In this document: in pieces, positions 51,151 through 64,000 of the stretch
Layout of the letters: each line of letters starts with the position of its first letter
How positions within the stretch are numbered: position 1 is the stretch's first letter
DNA from: Lingula anatina
Lineage: Eukaryota; Animalia; Brachiopoda
Assembly (NCBI GenBank): GCA_051362555.1
Contig: CM120645.1
Span: 7,192,001 to 7,256,000 of the forward strand
Reading direction: 5' to 3'
DNA: 64,000 nt
The notes under the pieces: model-generated
What the model was told of the DNA's origin: nothing
The model's database searches: none
What the model saw: the letters and a program-made list of their open reading frames with translations, nothing else
Made by a program: the position numbers and the translations under genes

Positions 51151-54100
51151 CTCAAATTTTCAATCACCTTAGCAGGCTGTGCCATCCGGGCCAGTCCTCC
51201 ACCCTTCAGAACTTCAATATTCTTCCTTACAGTGTTCATAGACTGTATCTTGGCCCCAGCCTTTGACATCAGTTTGGTGGTTTCATTGACCTCCTCCAGG
51301 GTGATAGGGGCACAGGGCAGGGGGAGCAGGGCAGATCCTCCTCCTGGAAATAACATGAAAGCATATTATGGTAATTATCAGTACTTTATTTACCAGAGTC
51401 AATGATCTGAACCCCACCCCCTCTCTCCTGCTTGTTTGGGAATAAATAAATTTAATTAAAAGCTCTTGAAAATAACATTTTGGCTTTGGGTCACAAAGTA
51501 CTGGGTATATTTTTGAAAGTGTCTAAAAATGATAAATCTTGAAAAAGTAAAATATGAGAAATTCTAAAGTAATTATGTTACAGATGAAGCATTCAGTTTA
51601 TCTCTCCATATATTTTTATGATATTGGCATTAAGGGCATAAAGTAATTATATTAAGTCTAAATATTGTAAATGAAGCCCCTTTAATCCTCAGCCCAATTC
51701 TGAATCAGCAAAAAGATTCTTAGTTCTGTTTTATATTTCCATTATTGAGCACAACCATGCAGGGAAAAAAATCAACCCCTCCCCTCCCTGTCCCTTAACA
51801 AAATCCTGCTGCATAATGTTCAAGTGTACATTTCCATGTAATGCTAAAGTACCTGTAATCATAACCAGCAATATGTCCCCATGGCTAAGAGACTGGGCCA
51901 TGTCACATATGGCTTGTGCAGCTCTGTGGGCTTCAGCATCAGGTAAGTTGTCCTTTGCTCCCTCTATGATTTCAATTTTTGAGGGTTCCCGAGGGCTAAA
52001 ATTAACAAATAAATAAATAAATAATGACAACAGAAAAATTGAAATAAATAAATAAATTAATTAATTAATCAATTAATGATGAAAACAACTACCATGAAAA
52101 CTAACACAGACCTGAAAATAAATAAGCTCTGTTGTCATATGCATTTTTTCAATATGATCAAAAACCATTATAATAAATAAATAATTTTACTCACATCTGA
52201 GATTTCTCCACACCAGATTGAAGCTTGTCCTGGGTACCAACAGGGACACTGGCGACACCTTTTACCAGGTGCTCTCCCAACAACTCTTCAGCTACCTGCA
52301 TCATTCCCAACACAGCCTTGCCAAACCCAACCATGTACACATTTTTGTTTAATGCATATTCATTGCCATCTACCTAATCATGGAAGAAAAGCCAGACAGA
52401 TTTATTAGGCTTTATACAATCACAGGGTTTGATTTAGGTTGTTTGCTTCATGTGGACAAATGATAAGAAAATAAAATGTAAACTGAATATAAATAAAATG
52501 CAAAGCAAATATGTTGTGATTATATATATTATGTCCAACAGAACTCAACAGAAAAAATAATCATATCTTATCTTTATATTCAGGTCATACTGGATGAAAT
52601 TTGTTTCCATTTTAATACTGTTGAGTTTACATTCACTAACCCAAAGTGTCCTTTCATCAACTTTAAGTGTGTTCTGCACCATATTTTGAGGAAGAACAGA
52701 TTTCACAGCTTTTTTAAAGATCTTCAGGGAGTCTTTCTTCAACACATCTTGACTGTTGGAGTATGAGGTAGTTCCTGTTCCAGAGGTTCTTGAAGTCATG
52801 GCTCTGAAATAATGATATTCTGAGCTAGTAATTAAAAACAATATTGTTTAAGCACAATAAGAAGGTAGATTGTTACGTAATGTAGCACTTGTAGGATTAG
52901 GACTTGTAGGATTGGTGGAATAGATGCCTTTTCACATTAAAAGTTGCATCTCCAGTATAACCATCCATGTTCCGCAATCTATTTAGAGAGATTCATTGCT
53001 TTAAAGTTACTGGCGAAAGCCAGGCCATTGTGCACAAAAATCAGAGCTTACTGCACTTGACAAGGCCAATTAATTTTATTTTCACAATAATTAACTATAC
53101 CCTCTGATGCTAAAATTACACAATTTTTCCGCCACCAGGTTCTGAGGGGGAATTCAGATAAACCCAGTGTACTAGCTGGATCCATCTAACTCTATGGGGA
53201 TTTAGAGCAATTGAAACAGAATGAATTTCTTTCAAGAAAATAAAAGAAGCTTAGGAACTTTCAAAAAGGTTCATTTACTATCATTTACATCTAAACTACA
53301 CCTGTTTTTTTATTTAGCAAACCAGACCTGTATTTTAAGTGTTGTTAACATTAAACAGTGCATGACGAGAGGGTGATGGCTTCATGTACTGACATATAAA
53401 CACATTGTCTCCATACATAAAAAGGAGATGAGAAATAGTGACAAGAAATTTCTCCCAGAACTTGGTAAGTGGGAAATACTGGGTACTAATCTCTTCATGC
53501 TTCTATTGATAACCTTTGACCCGCCACAGTATACCTGAGGAGTGTACGAAAATAAAATGCCTATCTAACAGTCCCGAGCGCCTTTGATTAAATTGCAAAA
53601 ATTAACGCATCTCACAGTTATCAACTCCATTTCTCAATATAAATACAGTAAATATTTCCCTATTTACCAATCTTGATAAAGCGACTATTAATTTTCTCCT
53701 AAATCCTACACTGATCTCGTAGAGCTCTCTGCTGTTCAAAGAGTGCTTTAAAGTATGTAGGGCACTGTACTGTTGCACAAGGCCAATTTAATAACCTTTG
53801 GTCTATCCAAGGACGGTTATATGTCCTTGGCCTATCCAAACCCTCCTGTACAGAGTTTTGCAAATTTTGCAAACCACGAGGTTTACAATTTTAAATTGAG
53901 AAATTCAATACATCACAGTTCATATATATTCTGTTTTATCACATATGTCCTGATAATAATATTTAAACAAGACAAAATTCAAACAAACTTTGAAACTCTG
54001 ACAATCAGGACAATCTCAGATTTCTACTGTACACACAAAAAATTAAAGATTGTTAAAATTATTGAAAAAAAAATCGAAATAATAAGTAGATCATGTCTTT

Positions 54101-55202
54101 TTTCAAACTAGACCTGTATTTTAGGTCTTCAGGCACAGCTGGGTCACAAGTAAAGCACATCTTCTTTTTGGTTTTAACTGTTTTATCAAAATACCTTTTG
54201 GTCACCATTATTTGAAAATAAATTTTAATAAGGCTTAATCTGTTCATGTTCAGTTTCAAACTTGGCTGGCATTTTTACTATTGTAAGTTTGAATCATAAT
54301 GGCTATATTTCTTTCCATTCATTGTGGTAATCAGAAATGCACAAGGCACTGGTTCTTACTCTTGGAGCAGGCACATATATTCAGGTGTTGGAAATATTCT
54401 GTATGCACAGACACTATATTTACAAATTTAATTAAGGGACAGATACGCACCCTGTACCTATAAGCAAAATATGATGATCAACAAATGGCTCATGATCATC
54501 CAAGCACATTTGCTGTTTGTTTCTTTTGTTCTATGAAATGTTATTTTAGCTATGTACCTGGCGTGGGGGATTCTTCAATGTTATATGAAAGAGGTAAGTC
54601 TTTCTAATCCAAAGCCTATCAAATCTGTTTTTGAAACTGTTAACTGATGGTGCTGTCAAAACATTTATACTAGCAGGTAGACTGGTCCAAGTAACCGTGG
54701 TTCTGACTAAGAAAACATTGTTTCTGATACTATTTGAAGATCTGATCTTTTGTAGTGCTAGTGTATGCCCTCTTGATGGTACTGATTGCTCATCTTCATA
54801 AACTCGATACATCACTGTCATATTATTTGCTAAAATTTTATAAAGTTCAATTATATCAACTCTCAAAGTGACAATATTTTATCTGCTAGGCTAGGTAATT
54901 TAAGTTTTCTCAAGCACCTTTTGGATTTCAGAGGTTTTAAATTGAATCCAGAAATAAACTTTGTTGTCAGTCTCGGAAAATTTCCAACTACTGTTTTTTT
55001 TTTTTTTAACTATATGAAACCATGCAATCAAATGTCTAATTCTTCAGATCGTTGTTCCCTCAACTTGATTACCTCTGATTATTTACCTAGCTATGAATTC
55101 ATTCCGAATCCAAAGTCTCTGGGTTCTCAGTAGGGCCACACTTGTGCTCATGTCCACCAGAAGCTGTGAGCTATACTTCACAGCTGCTACAAGTAGCAGC
55201 AT
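48402..55202 (-). CDS. GLYCTK: Glycerate kinase (MOFRL family), 8 coding exons, 574 aa
   Basis: Exons 55202-55087, 52803-52641, 52373-52195, 51995-51853, 51343-51168, 50630-50519, 50101-49953 and 49088-48402 (1725 nt, phases consistent). Motifs VGFGKAVLGM, GGGSALL, LKGGGLA, SDIVGDPLDMIASGPT, GGETTV, GGRNQE, GTDGQDGPTDAAGA and TGTNVMD. The first coding exon is less certain. Confidence 0.93.
49693..49860. mobile_element. Small MITE with ~40-bp imperfect TIRs in the last GLYCTK intron
   Basis: CCAGTTTCACAAAAAACTTAATTCAGGTTCCATGGCTCAG is inverted to CTAAGCCAGGGAACTGACTTCAGTTTTTTTGTGAAACTGG. Confidence 0.65.
51100..51144. repeat. (AG)n microsatellite
   Basis: Direct observation. Confidence 0.95.
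54546..54920 (-). mobile_element. Decayed CR1/L2-type LINE 3' fragment in a GLYCTK intron
   Basis: Translation contains LRVDIIELYKIL, SRGH.L.L.K, WTSLP and APSVNSFKNRFD, typical of CR1-clade ORF2 C-termini. Confidence 0.75.
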
Positions 55203-55500
55203 TTTTTATTTGTATTCAGCATGTGCAGATGACTGATTTTGCGTATCTCCTCCTTCATCAGTGCAACCTGAAAGAAAGCTTATCATACCATCACAGCATA
55301 TTAGGGAATGTACATGTGTGATGGACATTTTACTATTTAATATGCCCCCTTCTGAAATTAACATCTCTTTAATAAAATTAAAATGTTTTACAGTTTACAC
55401 ATTATCTTTTAGCAGAACTAAATATATTTTTTATGTGTTTGGCGCTTAGAGCCAGGAATATGCTAACGGAAAATTGTCACTTGTTTTATAGAAATAGTAC

Positions 55501-55815
55501 CTTGTCGTTATTAGCAGTGAATTAAAATCCTGCAATATTAAGCACTGCTTCTCGTGTTTTCATCAGCTGGGTTGATGTGCTTGACCCACTTTTACGAGGA
55601 AACGTGACACATAAAATTATTTTTTCTGTTTTATATTTATTAAATATAAAAACACACAAAAAATACATAAAAATAACAATAAAATTGTAAAACTGTGAGT
55701 ATTCTAATTCTTTAATTAGTATTTTATAAAAGAATAGTCAGCTCACAAATTACCTCCGCAGCAAATTCTGTCTGTGTGTCGGCTCGCGCCGGTCGGCAAA
55801 AAACAAAAAAAAGGC
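55501..55815. promoter_or_regulatory. Putative bidirectional promoter between GLYCTK and WDR82
   Basis: The start codons are 614 bp apart and divergent. A probable non-coding GLYCTK exon ends at 55501 (minus-strand donor gtacta), and the CpG-richer WDR82 leader starts near 55750. Confidence 0.6.
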
Positions 55816-57886
55816 ATGAAGCTAACCGATACAGTCGTGCGGAGTTTCCGCGTTGCAAAAGTATTTCGAGAAAATTCAGAAAAAGTTAATAGCTTAGACT
55901 TTTCAGCAAATGGCGAACTCTTAATTTCAAGCAGTGAAGACGATCAGATTGTGATTTATGATTGCCAAAATGGAACGTAAGTTCTTGTCGAGTTTTTGTC
56001 CACGGCACGAATCTTCGACTTAGTACCCTCCAGTGCAATCCTGGTGTCTCGCTCACCATTCAGCAGAAGTTATTCAGGAAAGCAAAAACCCGTCGCCCGC
56101 CAATTGGACTCCATGGAAGCACAGAAAACTAATTGGAAACCCATACCATATATTATATACCCAAGAAGCAAGCCGATTATCATCTCTTTTTTTTTTTTAC
56201 TCGAGTTGAGAGAAGGGAATTCTTGCTCCCTAACGCTCTCCTCCAGTGCCCTAGCCCTGGCCCCTATACAGAAAACACATGTTTATGACAGAAAGTTGAC
56301 ATTTTCTCTGGCTTTATTAAAAGTTCAACCATTTATACAGTGGTGTGATGCTGCTGATGGTCTCTTTTTCCATACCATTTCAAACTAACGAACAGAAAAT
56401 AACAATCATGATAAAAATGACTGTAATCCCATCAGTTATTAACTTTTTGTAGACCTCGCAAGTTCGCAACCCATTTAAATTTATGTTCTATAGCTCTAAC
56501 ACTTTTTTGTTTGATTAGGCTTGGGTGTATTGGGATATTCCTTTATTCATCAATATCCTAAAGGAATCCAGTTGCCTACTACTACCATCTCTTTTTATGC
56601 CATTGGGCATCTAGGGCTCCAACAAAGATCCTCCGCTGCTCTCTGTCTCTAGCCAATTGTTGGATTGTCCTCCAGCTTTCTCCCAGTTGTTTTAACTCTG
56701 CTTCGACAGTCCTCCTCCATGTAGTCCTAGGTCTGCCTCTTTTTCTGTGTCTCTCTGACGTCCAGTACATGCCCAATGCCCCCTTTTATATTTAAGTAAC
56801 TTGCATGTTCAGGTGTAGATCTCTCCTTTCCGTGATTTACCAATAAAAGTATTTAATTGTTTACTTTAAATAGCATATTTTGTATGAATTTTTTACTTTT
56901 TCAGACCAAAAAGAACTTTAAACAGCAAGAAGTATGGAGTTGATCTGATTCATTTTACACATGCCCCAAACACAGCTATACACAGTTCTACAAAAGTGGA
57001 TGGTGAGTTCATTTTGAGAAATCCCTGTCAAATACTTAGATTTTTTATGAAGAAGAGATTATCAAACCTGTTATAATGTGTAAAAATGCTTTGTGTATGG
57101 CTTTTTTAAGTGCAATGTTTGGGTGTAGTTTATGCACAGGAGACCTCCCATTTTTAATGCAGTTAAAAGATTTTTAACAGTCTACTTCCAAAACAGCCCA
57201 AAACTTCACATTCTGATGTAAACACGATATCTGTACCATAAAAGCAAAGAAAAGTCATCATATGATCATTTCCTTCTTGAAAAGTGTAATGATTTCTATT
57301 CTAATACTAGTGCATGTTTGTACCATTCAACTTATTTTGTTTATTCTTCAGACACAATTAGATATCTGTCATTACATGACAACAAATACATCCGGTACTT
57401 TCCAGGACACACCAAAAAGTAAGTACATTATGTCTGGGCCTCCTTTTCAAGTTAACAAATCTCATTCTGAATTTTCTGTAAGATTACAACTGCAAGGGAA
57501 AACTGATAGTTGTCTAAAGAGTGCAAGGTAAAAACAATTCAATTTTAAGAATTTTTTTTTCAGGGTTGTATTGCATATAGGTTGTATAATTTAGTGTATC
57601 TCCAGTACCTGGTTAAATTTTGTCAAAATCTTTAGTCAGCGGAATATCATAATTTTTATTTAATAAGCATATCATTATGTGTAACTTAAGTTGGTAAAAA
57701 ATATTAGGTCCGAAAATATACTTTGTGTGTTGCACAACATGCTAATAACATACATATTCATATTATTTTGTTTCCAGGGTGGTAACTATTAGTATGTCTC
57801 CAGTAGATGACACATTTTTGTCTGGGTCGTTAGACAAGACCATTAGACTGTGGGATCTCAGGTCACCAAACTGCCAGGTAACTCAT

Positions 57887-57933
<47 letters not shown>

Positions 57934-60206
57934 TTAGTATGTGTAACTGCAACACAAGTCGGCAGTATTTTTATCTACACTAAACGTGTAGCTAAGTACA
58001 TGTCAAATAGTTTTTGATATCACCTACTTTCTGTTTCTATCAAGCTTAATAGTTATACTAGTATGTTGATGGCATATCACTGTGTGTTGCTCAGCTGGTG
58101 TTACTAACAGTTAATGTGAGAAATGAAAAATATATTTTTGATATTGCACAACATGCTGTATGATAAAAAGAATAAAAATATATTGAATGTAATAACGAAA
58201 CATAGTATCACTTTAGAGAGAAAAAGATTGGCTGTATATCAAGTAACATTTTTAATCTTACAGATAATTTTTTTCTTCAGGGACTGATGCATGTACCTGG
58301 CAGACCCGTAGCAGCATTCGATCCAGAGGGTTTAATCTTTGCAGCAGGCATCAACTCTGAGATGGTCAAATTGTACGATCTGAGGTCTTTTGATAAGGTG
58401 ATGTCAATTTATTAATAAAAATATAATCCAGTCATCAGTATGCTGGTTAAGTTTATGTCATTGACAGTAAGGAAGGAGTTTGACTTTGAACAGGTTAACA
58501 GTAAGCTTGATTCATGTACAGAAGTTATCTGTACTTTGAGCATGTCCATTGGTGCCAATATAGACTTCCAGTGCCAAATTTGCCATAGATGTTAGAAATC
58601 CAGAATTGGACTTACGAACACCAGTGGCTCACAGAAAGTCTTTTCTTCGAATTAGGCCTGTTTATGCCACATTTGAGTTAATCAGCTGAAAGGTCTAGTA
58701 AGTAAAATAACAGTTGGAGAGATCACACATATGAGGCATTATTATTTCGCCATTTCAAATTTGGCCAATGACATATCTGTGTCTTACAGGGTCCATTTGC
58801 TACGTTCAAGCTGCAGCAAGACCGGGACTGTGACTGGACTGGGCTAAAGTTTAGCCCTGATGGAAAGATGGTGCTAATCTCCACCAATGGCCAGGTGATA
58901 CGGCTAATAGATGCCTTCCAGGGCCATCCTCTGCAGACCTTCATGGTGAGTTACTGGTTTAATTTTTTTATTGTTTACTCTGCCAAGGAGGTCATGTTTT
59001 TTTGCATTTGTTAGATAGCTGACAGGTTGGTTGGGAAACAGCCTGCATCAAAAAAAGTCATGCCAGATGGATTTTGACAGGATTTTCAAAAGTTTGGAAA
59101 TTTCTGAAATAAGGAAAAATTTTAAATAATTGTGTTTATTGAGGGGAAAAAACTCGTTGCCTTTTCATTAACTTTTAGTTCTGACGTTTTCAGGGCCACA
59201 CAAATCAGAAGGGGTTACCTTTGGAGGCTTCCTTTAGCCCAGACTCCCAGTTTGTGTTCAGTGGTAAGTCTAGTACAGTATTGTAAAGGATCTTTCATTC
59301 AGTCCATTTTGTAGATAACACTTTCTGGTATTGTGATTTTCAGCTTGTCATCAAACATGGAATTATTGTCTTGTTAATAATTTTTATATATTGATAAATA
59401 CCTTTTTTGGAGAGTGGTGGAGTGAATCTTCTTTTTTTATCCAGAATACAGTTTTTAATGACCATACATTGTCAGGTTCATACATGAAGGAATCTGAAAC
59501 AGAATTTGATAAGAGCATGGCACATTTAACAATTAGCATTCCTTTTTTTCACATACACACACATACAAAAAAAAATAAATAAACTGGATGTTTGTTGTTA
59601 GAAGTATTCATCATTTATTTTCTAGATTTTTTATCAACAGACTTTTGGCTTTAAACAAATTTTATTGCTATAATGTTCAGGCTCAACAGATGGTAAGATT
59701 CACTGTTGGAATGCAGAGACAGGCAGCAAAGTCTGTGTCCTCAACGCTGAGCACACGGGGCCAGTGCAGTGTATCCAGTTTAACCCACGGTTTATGATGC
59801 TTTCCAGTGCTTGTATAAATATGGTAAGTGGTGGGGTATTTTGCCTTCATTGTCCCATAATGCATTGAGTTCATCGTAAGCTCTCTAGGCAGTGTTTGTG
59901 TGTATGTGCTTTTAGTACAGTTTAGATAAAGGACTGGTGGATTCTATCTACAGAATACTTTAATTTGGAATGAGAAATGTTGTTATACATGTATGGTAAC
60001 ACTATCTTATATGTAACAAGTTCATTTGAACTTTATATTTTCCTTGTTGTATACTACAGTTAGTATAATTGTTTAACAGATTGCCTATATCCTCCCTAGA
60101 TTTTCAATTTTCTCACTTTCAACTATATTACAATGTTTTATTATTATTATTATTCATTTATTTATTTTTTTGCCAGGCCTTTTGGCTACCACAGATGGAT
60201 GAATAG
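55816..60206 (+). CDS. WDR82: WD repeat-containing protein 82 (Swd2; SET1/PNUTS complexes), 9 exons, 313 aa
   Basis: Exons 55816-55976, 56905-57002, 57352-57418, 57778-57877, 58281-58397, 58790-58945, 59194-59263, 59681-59823 and 60177-60206 (942 nt). [49 protein letters not shown] and AFWLP match recalled WDR82. Confidence 0.97.
56575..56776 (-). mobile_element. RTE-clade LINE 3' fragment in WDR82 intron 1
   Basis: Reads [51 protein letters not shown], the typical RTE ORF C-terminus, followed by a short (TAG)n-like tail on the minus strand. Confidence 0.8.
57886..57934. repeat. (ATTT)n microsatellite
   Basis: Direct observation. Confidence 0.9.
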
Positions 60207-62187
60207 TACATCTCAAGGCACCAGTAAGTTCACATTCAAGACTGGCCAGCCAAAGTACCATTTGAGCCCTATCAAGAAAGTTTTCAATCAAAACAAACTG
60301 CTTGTCATAAATATAGAATTGAAAACCATCTGGATATTTGAGTTTTGAATTCATGTCCCAGGAATCCCAATAGAGTTATGTGCCTTCCACTCTTACTTTT
60401 GCCAGAATTTTCTTTTTAAAGGTCTACTTTTGTTTCTGTAAGATATCACTGCCAAAAGAGTGGTACATGCAGTTACTGGCTACGTTCATGGGCAGAATTA
60501 TTTTATGATGAAGCAGTGTTTTGATAGGGGAATTAAATTGGCAGAACTGCCAGACAAAATGAAGATTCCCAGTGCCCTCGCTTAGGGTATTGTTCGGAAA
60601 GTCTGCGAGGCAAATGATACGAAAGATTCATTAGAACGTGAATTTATGTTCTTTATTGTCACTGTCATCAATCTGGGCAATGTTAAAACCCCAGGCATTG
60701 TTGGTGTAAGAGATGTCATGAATGGTACAAGTTCATGCAGGGTACAAGCTGTGTTGATATGCAAGCTGTGAAAAAAGTTTCTGAGGTTTAAATCAGAACA
60801 GGGGAATGGATTTAGTTGTCAATTGTTTGCCAACATTAGTTGGTTCTACGGCTAATGTATTTTGTGGAAAGAAATGATCAATGTAAAATATGATAATATG
60901 TTGTGTTGTCATGTCCATAGCAGCATGTTACAACAGATAGTTGTGGTAAATAGTAGTAGTTTTAAAAACAATGTGCAAATGCCTATGGTCAATATTTTAT
61001 TATTACCAATAATTGTGTTACTTTATACAAAAATCCCCATTGAGTTCATTATTCTATAAACATGATAATTTAATGTAAAGCAATAAGACAAGGTTAAGAA
61101 AGTATCATTCTGTAAATTATCATCAACTTTCTGCTTTGGAGAAATACAACAAACACCAGTTACTGAATTTGTATGTTCTGTATTTTAGTACATAGTTGTA
61201 AACTGTAAAATATGTTTCAAGAATTAAACTTTTTAAATAATATTTGTTTTGTTCACATTTTATTCTACAATATATATGTATGAAGCTGCATGACATTCCG
61301 GTATACAATATCATTTTGAATTACTTAAAGCAAAAGACTTGTATAAAAAAAATTGAGAACTTGAATTTAAACAAATGTGTTAAATTTTTAAAAAATCCTA
61401 ATCAGATGAAATAATATGGCAAATAAGAGCAATAAGATGGGTCAGGTGATCAAAAAGGGTAAACTCAAGCTTTTCAGTTATAAGAAATGTCTTATTTTTG
61501 ATAAGAAGGCTCCCATGAACTATAAAAATCAGCTGTAAAAGAAACTTCTTGAATATACTAAATAAAATAAAACCTAGTTGTGTGGTGCTCAGGGCCACAG
61601 AGACTAAAATTTTAAAAAATAAATATATATGAAAGCTAATGTTGGGGTTTCTCTTTTCTGTAATTATTGTCTAGAAATAAATCTAAAATAAAATCAAATA
61701 GAAAAGATTATTATCTTACTAATTTGACATTTTCCAAAGGAAGCCCCTGCCCAGTGCCCTGCTTCATGTGCTGGATATAAAAAAAACTAATCCCTCAAAA
61801 AAAAGAACTCGAAACATCAATATTTAACTTTTTTACAATTTTGCTATCAAAAATTTTTCGCAAGGAATTACATTTACAGGGGGTTTGTTTATAAAAATGA
61901 CCTAAAGTGTATTCATATTGTAATACAGAGGTAATTAAAATATATAGAGAGATTGTTTAGCATACTTACTTATAATATCTATGTCTACACTGGCCTTTTA
62001 CTGTAAGTGTTGACAGAATAATCACTATATTTGGTGAATTAACTTTCCTCAAACCACAAAAGCTATTCATACAAATGCATTAAATTTTGCAGACTTTTGA
62101 AGCTCTCGACATATTTTGTCAAATTGAATGTGAGAATGGTACCCACAGTAACTAAACATGTAGATGTCAGTATATTAAAGACAGTCC

Positions 62188-64000
62188 TTACACCTGTTTG
62201 ATAGTCAAACACTGGAGCTGTATGTCATCGGAGCCCATGGAACTGGCTTCAGCATTCTCAGTGAGAGGAGCCAGCTCTGACTGTCCACTAGTGGTCTGTT
62301 CATATTGGACAGGATGGCTGTAGCTGGACGTATAGGTGGTGGTGGTGGTGGTCAAGTCCTGTTTGGGAGTGTACTGAGTGGTGTACTGACCAATGAAGGA
62401 TCCATCTTCCCTGTACCTAAAAATTCAAGTGTTTTTTTCCATAAAATTGTACTTTTGAAATTATTAAATAAAATTTTTTATGTACTGACCAATAAATGAT
62501 CCATCTTCCCTGTACCTACAGACATTTAGAAGTTTGTTTAACATAATTGTTATGCTGAATTGTAATTGATTTTATATCATGTGTTATTATACCCTCTGGC
62601 ACAAAAAAGTAAATACAGCAGATCTATGTTATAAAACAGACTGTTACTATAAAAAATGTAAGTGGGAAGTAAGATAATTATTCCATTTGCTTTCAGCATT
62701 GACATAATATTATTTAACATGCAAGTACCAAATTGAATATTTTCATTACAAAGTACAAAATTAATAAAGACTAGGATATAATCTATGTCATGTATTCTTA
62801 CGTGTCCATGTCCCAAAAGTCATCTGTTCCAAAAAAACTGTCAGCCTCATCCAGTTCATCCATCACCACTGGATAAGATGGATCAACAGCTCTGAAAGCA
62901 TATGTTTTCTTGGTCAAAAATGGATCATTTAAAAGTGCCCCACTAGGTTCATTTTAAAAAGGTTTAATTCTGAGATATGAGACACTTTCCAGTGCTTTGC
63001 ACAGTCGATAAAATGGTCAAATAGGTTCTCATTTGTTAATTAATTTAAAGACAATGCATTAAGCTTGCAAAAACTGGTTAACAACAATGATTTCTCTAAT
63101 GGATAAGTCTATTTTTTAAGCACAATTTAGGGCATCTCCTCAAAGAAAACTTTTAACTCGTACAACATTCTGAAAGTGCTTCAACACACAGAGATGCCAC
63201 CTACCCCTTATCATACTCCTGAAAGCTGGGGTAATCTGCAGGGGCACCTGCTGCCACTCTCCACTTCTCATTTTCTGCCACTGAAAAAAAACCAATTAAA
63301 TCACAGTCACTGTATTGTGATGAATTAAGAATGCACTGACATAACTAACATTTACATACACATTAATATATGTGATATTAGTTTCACTTTCAACTGTTTG
63401 TCTTCATTCTAATGTCATAGTCTACTATAGACTAGGAAGCACTGTACCAAATTGACTGCAAAAATAGGAAGAAATAGTCAGATGGGGGTTTGGGGACCCC
63501 TTAAGACATACAGAAAACATTCAAGAAACAGTTGCATTTCCAAATTAATTCAACCTGAAAAAAATCTTATCTTTCACTATCAGACTCACCATAGTATTTG
63601 TTCCCTCTGTTTCTTCTCACAAGACAAACAATGAATAAAATTAGGAGAGCAAGCAGGAGTATAGCCATCAAGATGATGAACCAGAGACCAATGCCTGGTT
63701 TTGTTATAGATTCTTCAGCTGAAAAGACATAGAAATCAAGTCAATTTGAATAAAAAAAGTCGGGAATCATTTTATATTACAGTTGCACATATCAGCAACT
63801 TTCATTGCACTGAAGGCTAAAGAAATTCTCTTGCTGTCACATCAAAAATTGATTTTAAATTTTAAATGTACAATCTTTTCTTAAACAAATACATTTGGAG
63901 ACTAAAATATGTTAAGAATAAAAACCTTTTACTCTTTATATTTCTGATATGTGAATTTTATAATCACATATATGAATTACCTGAGCTGCACGATATCAAC
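62188..64000 (-). CDS. 3' part of an L1CAM/neuroglian-family cell adhesion molecule (TM plus FIGQY cytoplasmic tail), long isoform; continues beyond the right edge
   Basis: Exons >64000-63981, 63718-63590 (GLWFIILMAILLLALLILFIVCLVRRNRGNKYY), 63280-63205 (VAENEK...SFQEYDK), 62891-62802 (...DEADSFFGTDDFWDMD) and 62416-62188 (YREDGSFIGQY...TIKQV*). Phases are consistent. Confidence 0.85.
62464..62515 (-). CDS. Alternative short terminal exon of the L1CAM-like gene (YREDGSFIGQYIKNFI*)
   Basis: Own acceptor (tgtctgtag), same phase as the long exon, duplicated FIGQY coding sequence with only synonymous differences. Confidence 0.65.

Noticed and set aside
52763-52772. let-7-like TGAGGTAG, looked for because vertebrate WDR82 hosts let-7g
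   Set aside because: Only the seed matches, it is antisense to a GLYCTK exon, and there is no hairpin. No let-7 sequence was seen in the WDR82 introns.

Overview
AT-rich, intron-containing animal genomic DNA from an invertebrate bilaterian. The repeat style suggests a mollusc or other lophotrochozoan, but that is inference. From left to right: exons of a collagen-repeat (Gly-X-Y) gene on the minus strand; two intron-containing tRNA-Leu(CAA) genes, a tRNA pseudogene and a foldback MITE; a complete 11-exon C12orf56/DUF4551 homologue; then a ~22-kb segmentally duplicated block. That block holds four single-coding-exon NXPE/PC-esterase-like (SGNH: GDS...DxxH) membrane-anchored genes (three intact, one chimeric pseudogene) embedded in two families of Helentron/HINE-like elements that carry satellite arrays. 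After it come GLYCTK and WDR82 head-to-head, and the 3' exons of an L1CAM/neuroglian-family gene with two duplicated FIGQY-encoding terminal exons. All exon structures were read by hand, and protein identities rest on recalled family motifs, not database searches.
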